Below are positions 57,787-64,000 of a DNA stretch of 64,000 nucleotides, piece by piece. A model generated the notes under the pieces. The model was not told the DNA's origin. It made no database searches and worked only from the letters and a program-made list of their open reading frames with translations. The position numbers were made by a program, and so were the translations under genes. Numbering within the stretch: position 1 is the first letter of the stretch; every line of letters begins with the position of its first letter. This DNA is from Thecamonas trahens ATCC 50062. Its lineage: Eukaryota; Protista; Apusomonadida. The DNA lies in assembly GCF_000142905.1 (NCBI RefSeq), contig NW_013657644.1, forward strand, positions 1,163-65,162, read 5' to 3'.

Positions 57787-60700
57787 TTACGACTCAGCAC
57801 TGTCATTGTCGACCGTGAGATGGCGATCGATAAACTCGTGGGTGGCGGTCTGGATCGCGGCCAGATCGTCAGCGTGTGCCTGCCCGGCGTCGGCGGCGTA
57901 GCCATCGGCCCGCGCAACCCGAGTGTCGAGCGCAGCCTCGACGTGCTGGAACCGCTCGAGCGCAGAGGCGAGCGAAGCGAACCTGTCCTCAATGGCGCGG
58001 AACTTGGCGTCCTCAGCGGCGAGCTTGGTCTGTGTCTGGACTTGCATCTCGTACATCTGCTCCAGTGCGCGCACCGTCTTATCTTGCCGCGCATCAGCCT
58101 CGGCGAGCGTCGCCTTCTGGCTGGCCAGCTCCGCCGCCACCCGCTCCTCGGTAGCGCGCAGCGCGCTGGCGAGCTGCCCGAGCGCCTCGGCCTCGGCTGA
58201 AGCAATCTTTTCCTGGTGCTCGGCCAGCTTGCCGACCTGGCTGGCAAACGCCTCTGCCTGCGCCGCTTGCGATGCCTTGACCTGGTCGACGACCAAGTGC
58301 AGCGACTTGGTCAGCCGCTCGTCGGCCGCAGCCTGTGCCTGCATCAGCTCGGAAATACGCGCATGCGTCGCAGCCTCGGAGCCCGCAACCTGCTCCAGCG
58401 TCGTGACCAGCGTCTTTTGGCCCGACGAGAGCGTCGAGACTGCTCCCGTCAGCTCAACCATCCGCGCTGCCTGCGCCTCAAGCCCCGCGCCCTGCTGCTC
58501 AACTTGGCGCCGCAGCGCTGCCTGCGCCTCGCTCTGTTGAGCCAACGACGCTTCCAGTTGCTCAAGCACCTCAGCCTTGATCTGATCAGCCGCCGCACGC
58601 GGAAGCGAAGCTTGGGCCTCGCCGCGAGCGCTAGGTGTCACAGACTTCGTCCCCGCCCCTGCAGACGTACCGGCCTGCGACCGCTCGGCAGCCAGCGCAG
58701 CCTCCAACTGCGCAATCCGCACTGCCTTGGCTTCCTGGGTTGCCTCCTTCTTCACCGCACCCTCGGGCTCTTCCAGCTTGGCTCGCGTCGTGCTCGCAGT
58801 GGTTCCTGCATCGCGTTCCAGATCATGCAGCCGCGCCTCCATGACCTGCAGCTGCTGCGCAAGGAGCTGCGCAACCTGACCTTCCTCATCCGTTCTCCCC
58901 CGGGTAGTCTGGACTGGCGCCGAGTCGACCTTGGCCTTCAGCGCGCCCTCCTCTGCTGCCACGCCCTCGACCATCCGGCGGAGCTCGGCGATCTCAAGCT
59001 TGACCGCCTCGCGGCTGTGCATAGCGTCACGCTCGAGCTCGTGCTGCGCCGCTGCAAGCTCCTTCCCCTCAGCCGCCGCCGCTGCCGCCACCTCCGACTT
59101 GAGCTCCATCCGCAGCGCGTCTTCACGACGCCGCGCCTCGGCCTCGGTCTTGGCTGCTGCGTCGAGAGCCCGCCGCTCTGCATCCTGCAGCGCACGTTGC
59201 AAGTCGTGGATCTCGGTCTGCATCTGCATCATCTCGCGAACCTGCGCCATAGACTGTGACACCGACGCGCCAGCTGGCGCGACACTTGCGGCCGTAGGTC
59301 CCGGTGCCGGCGTCCGCGACAGCTGCCCTAGCGCCTGAGTAATGGCCGCTCCGAGCTGCGACGACTGCTGCGCAAGCGCAGCCTTGATATCTGCGGACAT
59401 GGCCGTCATGGACGCCTGCAGCACCTGGGTACTGCCCTCGCTCCCAGCCGTCGGGCCGGGCGCCGACGGCTGGGTGCCCTGCCGCACAGCCTCGCGCGTC
59501 TGGTCTACCAGGGCCTGTAGCATGTGCGTCTGGTCGTCAAGCCGCCGGAGGACCGCGTCGTTGCGTGGAGCCGAATCCAGAGCAGTTGTGGGCGCAGCCG
59601 GCACTCTTCCCGCTGCCGCCGCCGCGGCCTGCATCTGCGCCTCGGTCTGCGAAGCCAGCTGTTGCTCAAGCCGGTCTGCCTGCGCCTGCGATGCAGCCAT
59701 AAACGCGTCAAGCTGCGCTTGTGAGCGATCGGCTGCCCGGCGCTCGCGCGCGTCAGCATCTACCTGCGCAAGCTTAGTCTCCAGCTGCGCAATGGCGTGC
59801 TCCTTGGCCTCTAGTGTCTCACGCCATGATGCCTCGCGAGCAGCGGCATCACGGGCCGCCACAGCTTCGTCCTGTGCCACCAGGCGCGCCTCAAGCCTCG
59901 CCATGTGCTCGGCTGACTCGGCCTGGGCCTCACGGACCGCGGCGCGCAGGTCGTCTTTCAACTCGGCATGGCGCGCCAGCTCGAGCGCACGCTCACGCTC
60001 CAGCGCCAAGGCCTGGGCCTCGCGGTCGACAACCTCAGCTCGGGCAGCGAGCCGGGCCTCGGCGGCGTCGAGACTCGCCAGCCGCTGCTGCAACTCGGCG
60101 TCCGCTCGAGCTTGCGTCACCTCGTGGTCGCGGAGCGCGGCGTCCAGCCGCGCAGCACGGGCATCGAGCTCGCGCTCCTGGGCCACAAGCGCGTTGCGGG
60201 CCGCTGTCGCGTCGGCAGCGGCCTCGCGCTGTGCGATGTCGATGGCCAGTTGCTCGTCGACAATGGCGCCGGCCACGTCGATGCCCTTGCGAACAAGCGA
60301 CTCGGCCTCCTCCAGCTGCTCAATTGAGCGCTCACGCGCGCGCCGCAGCTTGGCCTCGTCCGACGACGCCGAGTGATACTCATCGACGTCCCACGAATCG
60401 GAATCGTCTGACGCCGACACAAACGTGGCCGTAGTATTGAACCGCGACCGCGACGCATTCTGTTCGCGCCCACGCTCCCGCTTCCGCCGCCGACGCGGCG
60501 AGCCCTTTCGCCGCCGCTCCCGCTGCCTCCCTACCTCACCGTGCTGCACCGGCTCATTTTGCGGGACAGAGACGACGAGCGAGGCACGGCCATCAGGCGA
60601 GACCGATCGGGTGACAGCGCGACGACGCGGATGATACTGAATGCCCATCTGTGGCATGGATTCTCGAGGAGCAGCGCGAAAAGCACGAGCCCGTCTCGCC

Positions 60701-61107
60701 TTTGACTCTGCAGCAATGCGATCGAGCACAAGCGACGACTCGAGATCAGAGAGGATCTCTCTCTTGCGGGCCTCGACCCGAGCATTCCATCTCGATCTCG
60801 ACGACAGCATACCCATGCGTGTGGTCGATGCCACAGCCGATGCCGATGCCGAAGCCGAAGCCGAAGCCGAAGCCGAAGCCAAAGGCGGAGACACCAAAGT
60901 TGATGACAATGATGAAGTACCAGTACCTCTCATGGGAGGAGTTGACCTCCTCGGCGAGAACCTCCTCGATCCCTGCCTCCTCTGCCGAGTCAGCGGCGAG
61001 TCGACCAGTCCACCCGTGCCCGAGACAGTGTAGGGAAAGCCAGAGGCAGCCTGTGGAATGGGTGATGGAGACAGATGGTCTTGCCCATGACCCGTGTGTT
61101 CAGACAT
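57787..61107 (-). CDS. Long coiled-coil protein (~1100 aa)
   Basis: Uninterrupted ORF with Ala/Glu/Gln heptad-like composition; likely ATG at 61107 just after a poly-C tract. Confidence 0.75.
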   Translation of the reverse strand: MSEHTGHGQDHLSPSPIPQAASGFPYTVSGTGGLVDSPLTRQRRQGSRRFSPRRSTPPMRGTGTSSLSSTLVSPPLASASASASASASASAVASTTRMGMLSSRSRWNARVEARKREILSDLESSLVLDRIAAESKARRARAFRAAPRESMPQMGIQYHPRRRAVTRSVSPDGRASLVVSVPQNEPVQHGEVGRQRERRRKGSPRRRRKRERGREQNASRSRFNTTATFVSASDDSDSWDVDEYHSASSDEAKLRRARERSIEQLEEAESLVRKGIDVAGAIVDEQLAIDIAQREAAADATAARNALVAQERELDARAARLDAALRDHEVTQARADAELQQRLASLDAAEARLAARAEVVDREAQALALERERALELARHAELKDDLRAAVREAQAESAEHMARLEARLVAQDEAVAARDAAAREASWRETLEAKEHAIAQLETKLAQVDADARERRAADRSQAQLDAFMAASQAQADRLEQQLASQTEAQMQAAAAAAGRVPAAPTTALDSAPRNDAVLRRLDDQTHMLQALVDQTREAVRQGTQPSAPGPTAGSEGSTQVLQASMTAMSADIKAALAQQSSQLGAAITQALGQLSRTPAPGPTAASVAPAGASVSQSMAQVREMMQMQTEIHDLQRALQDAERRALDAAAKTEAEARRREDALRMELKSEVAAAAAAEGKELAAAQHELERDAMHSREAVKLEIAELRRMVEGVAAEEGALKAKVDSAPVQTTRGRTDEEGQVAQLLAQQLQVMEARLHDLERDAGTTASTTRAKLEEPEGAVKKEATQEAKAVRIAQLEAALAAERSQAGTSAGAGTKSVTPSARGEAQASLPRAAADQIKAEVLEQLEASLAQQSEAQAALRRQVEQQGAGLEAQAARMVELTGAVSTLSSGQKTLVTTLEQVAGSEAATHARISELMQAQAAADERLTKSLHLVVDQVKASQAAQAEAFASQVGKLAEHQEKIASAEAEALGQLASALRATEERVAAELASQKATLAEADARQDKTVRALEQMYEMQVQTQTKLAAEDAKFRAIEDRFASLASALERFQHVEAALDTRVARADGYAADAGQAHADDLAAIQTATHEFIDRHLTVDNDSAES

Positions 61108-61532
61108 AGGGGCGCGCGGGGGGGGGGGGGGGGGGGCGGCGAGGGCGAGAGACGGCAACGGACGGTTGATGGACAGAGAGGGTGACAGGGGCAGGGGCAG
61201 GGGCAGGGGCAAGGGACAGAGGGACAGCGACAGGGGCGGGGGCAGGGACAGGGGGACAGAGACAGGGGGATTGGGTAAGGTTAAGGGCGAAGATATATCA
61301 TCCAATACGATCCGACCCCATGGCTGACCGATGGTCATCAATGGCATGCCGTTGATCCTCTTACCCATCCCCCCCCTCCCCTCCCCCCCCCCCTCTCCCC
61401 TCCTTCCCCATCCATCCATCTCGTCTCGGCTTTCGGCTGCCGGGGAGGAGGTGGTCAGACGGGAAGGGGGATATGCTCAGGTCGTCCACTTGTCGCCAGT
61501 GTTGGTTGAAGGAATACAAGGTGGAGGCTAGT

Positions 61533-63563
61533 ATGGAGGTTGGCATGGCAAAGAAGCGCAAGTTGGAAGACTCTGTGGCCCAGGAGAGCCCCCTGAAGAA
61601 GGCAAAGCCGCTGGTGCCGGCAGCAGCAGAGTCGCCTGCGACGGCTGCGACGGCTGCGACGGCTGCGACGGCTGCGACGGCTGCGACGGCTGCGCCGATG
61701 GCGAGTCCGGCAGAGATTGCAGAGGCCCGCAAAGCGAGGAGGAAGGCCAAGAAGCTGGCCAAGAAGGCTCGCAAGTCTGGCGTCCGCCATGGCGACATTT
61801 CCATGGCTCCGATGGCTCCGATGCCGCTGCCTGCGGGGGCCGGCGGGGCGATTTCCTTGACGGGCGATGGACTGTTCTCGGCATCGGCGTCGGCGTCAGC
61901 GGCGGCAGCGGCCTCCATCCTCGGCCCGCCTGAGCTCGAGATCCGGCAGACCAAGCTCAAGCGCCGCGGAAACGGTGGGAGCGACAACGCGCTGGGGCTC
62001 ATCAAGCCGTTTGACGTCCAGGCACTCATCCTCTGGGTGCTCGGGCAGGGCGCCATGCCGTCGTGGATCTTTGTTCGTAACAAGTCGCGCATCCCGCAGG
62101 TGGTTGTGGTCATGATCAACTCGCTCGGGCCGGACGCGTACCTCGCGCCGACGGCGTCAACGACGATGCCGCTGCTGACCTCAACGTCCGCTTTTCCGCA
62201 CGCCCTCGTGTCGCGGGCGCCCGGATCGCGCAAGCGGGTCTACTCGTTCCTCAACGAGCTGCTCAACATCCCGGTCAAGGCCTCCAAGACGACCAAGGCT
62301 GACAAGGCTGCGAAGAAGCTCAATGCTCGCAGCTCGCTCCTGACCCGCGCGCTCGCCGGCCCGCTTCCGCTCCTCTACTACTGCCTCACCGACGAGGACA
62401 GGATCGCCCATGAGTACCCGCTTGACGGCGCCGCCGCCAACGATCCCGAGTTCCGCTCGACAGGCTCGAGCCGACCGCCCGAGCCTGACGCCGTGGCCGA
62501 GACTCCCGACGCATACCGCTCCCCAGTCCCGATCTTTGCCCTCGACTGCGAGATGGTGCGGACCGAGGGTGGTGAGCTCGAGCTTGCCCGCATCACCGTC
62601 GTCAACTCGACATTCGACGTTGTGTACGACGAGTTGGTTAAGCCGACCAACCGCATCGTTGACTACGTCACCAAGTACTCGGGCATCACGCCAGCTATGC
62701 TTGCACCGGTGACCAAGCGGCTGGTAGATGTGCAGAACGAGCTGCTCGCGCTGGTACCGTCCGACGCTGTCCTCGTCGGCCACTCGCTGGAGAACGATCT
62801 CCGCGCCCTCAAGCTCATCCACCGCCGAGTCATCGACACTGCAGTGCTTTTCCCAGACTCGCGGGGGCCGCGCCACAAGCGCTCGCTCCGCTCGCTGGTA
62901 GCCAAGTACCTTAAGCGCAACATCCAGACTGGTGGCTCCGCCGGGCACGACAGCGCCGAGGACGCCCACGCTGCGCTCGAGCTCGCGCTCCTCAAGATTT
63001 CCGAGGGCCCGGACTTTGGCCAGTACCTGGCCGACTCGGAGTCGATCTTTACCCACCTTGACCGGTGCTCCGCGCCCTCCGCCCTCATCGACCGCGTCTC
63101 GCTCGTCAACGCTCACACCGCCGGCTCGGTCGACGCCCTGCCGTGCACCAACGATGACGATGTCCTCGCCGCCACGCTCAAGGCCATCGGCAAGACCTCG
63201 CCGTCGCGGGCAGGCAAGCCCGGCTACGCCTTTATCTTTACCCAGTTCCACGATCTTGAGAGCCACTACCGAGCCGCGGCAGGCAATCCGGAGCTCGACG
63301 TGGCCACGGCGCGGCCGAGGGTGCTCGCATCCATGGACGCTGCCGTCGCTGCCATCCACGACGCGCTCCCGCCCAACGCGCTGATGGTTGTCGTCGGCGG
63401 GCACTCGGACCAGAACGCGTTCAAGGCGCTGTATGCCGCATCGCGCGAGGCTGCCGACTGGACCGCCGACGACGAGGAAGCGCTCTGCGACGCCGCCTCC
63501 AAGGCCCGCAAGGGCATGGTGCTGCTCGGTCTCAAGGACCCGTCGCTCGCAGCCACAGGCTAG
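61533..63563 (+). CDS. DEDDh 3'-5' RNA exonuclease, Rex1/REXO1/REXO5 family
   Basis: FALDCEMV, YVTKYSGIT, LVGHSLENDLRALKL, VIDTAVLF, GHDSAEDA. Confidence 0.92.
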   Translation: MEVGMAKKRKLEDSVAQESPLKKAKPLVPAAAESPATAATAATAATAATAATAAPMASPAEIAEARKARRKAKKLAKKARKSGVRHGDISMAPMAPMPLPAGAGGAISLTGDGLFSASASASAAAAASILGPPELEIRQTKLKRRGNGGSDNALGLIKPFDVQALILWVLGQGAMPSWIFVRNKSRIPQVVVVMINSLGPDAYLAPTASTTMPLLTSTSAFPHALVSRAPGSRKRVYSFLNELLNIPVKASKTTKADKAAKKLNARSSLLTRALAGPLPLLYYCLTDEDRIAHEYPLDGAAANDPEFRSTGSSRPPEPDAVAETPDAYRSPVPIFALDCEMVRTEGGELELARITVVNSTFDVVYDELVKPTNRIVDYVTKYSGITPAMLAPVTKRLVDVQNELLALVPSDAVLVGHSLENDLRALKLIHRRVIDTAVLFPDSRGPRHKRSLRSLVAKYLKRNIQTGGSAGHDSAEDAHAALELALLKISEGPDFGQYLADSESIFTHLDRCSAPSALIDRVSLVNAHTAGSVDALPCTNDDDVLAATLKAIGKTSPSRAGKPGYAFIFTQFHDLESHYRAAAGNPELDVATARPRVLASMDAAVAAIHDALPPNALMVVVGGHSDQNAFKALYAASREAADWTADDEEALCDAASKARKGMVLLGLKDPSLAATG

Positions 63564-64000
63564 AGCGTCTTTACCATGGCGTTGACCACAAAGGCAAGCT
63601 GCTCGGGCGCAACCGTCTTGTTGGCCGCGAGCACAGCCGCAGCCGCAGCCGCAGCAGCCGGCAGATCCCCGGTCGGCATCGCCTGTCCGGCCGGCACCGT
63701 CTTGCTCGCTCGTGCCGACGAGGTGACCGCGTAGCCGATCCACGGCGAGATGCCGCGGGCCTTGGGGAGCTCGCCCTCTGAGCCGAGCACGTCCGTGAGC
63801 CCGACCGACTTGCCAGTAAAGCCAGCACCGAGACGCATGGCCTCGCGAGCGTCGTCGAGGTCAAACTCGCTCATCGGCGTATCCGGGTTGCGCCGCCGCC
63901 ACTGCGACCGGAGCCGAGCCTCGGCCTTCTTCTCAAAGTTGGACTGGATGATCGAGAGCCGCGAGCGCCCGTCGCCGCGATCGCGCCCACCACGCCGCCC
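63560..64000 (-). CDS. 3' end of a hypothetical gene running off the window
   Basis: Minus-strand ORF ending at a TAG that overlaps the exonuclease stop (shared CTAG). Confidence 0.55.
   Translation of the reverse strand, partial: GRRGGRDRGDGRSRLSIIQSNFEKKAEARLRSQWRRRNPDTPMSEFDLDDAREAMRLGAGFTGKSVGLTDVLGSEGELPKARGISPWIGYAVTSSARASKTVPAGQAMPTGDLPAAAAAAAAVLAANKTVAPEQLAFVVNAMVKTL

Overview
Eukaryotic nuclear DNA from a GC-rich, very gene-dense protist genome. An apusomonad such as Thecamonas would fit, but that is an unverified inference. Spliceosomal introns use GTACGY/GTAAGC donors, CTAAC/CTCAC branch sites and YAG acceptors. There are four N gaps (15666-15876, 30901-31064, 37159-37557, 56109-56912). 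About 33 protein genes are present, including MAF1, an ankyrin-MYND protein, a DHRS7-like SDR, VPS10/sortilin, KRR1, TOR, a PH-PH-ARM protein, a BAG+HSP20 fusion, an RRM protein, a NAA60-like GNAT, an MRH-TM-zinc ribbon-WW receptor, a SHIP-like inositol 5-phosphatase, KELP/PC4, IDO, a large adhesion-type multi-TM receptor, VPS45, L2HGDH, a strictosidine-synthase-like protein, MMAA, an extensin-like membrane protein and a REX1/REXO-type exonuclease. The stand-out finding is an unannotated ~610-nt, heavily structured box C/D RNA (4740-5349) in the long intron of the ankyrin-MYND gene. It has a canonical K-turn terminal motif, two cUUCGg tetraloops and long helices, and matches no RNA family I recognise. 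Six genes/sites need a -1 frameshift at short homopolymers, most likely sequencing undercalls. I found no rRNA, tRNA, CRISPR array or transposase.
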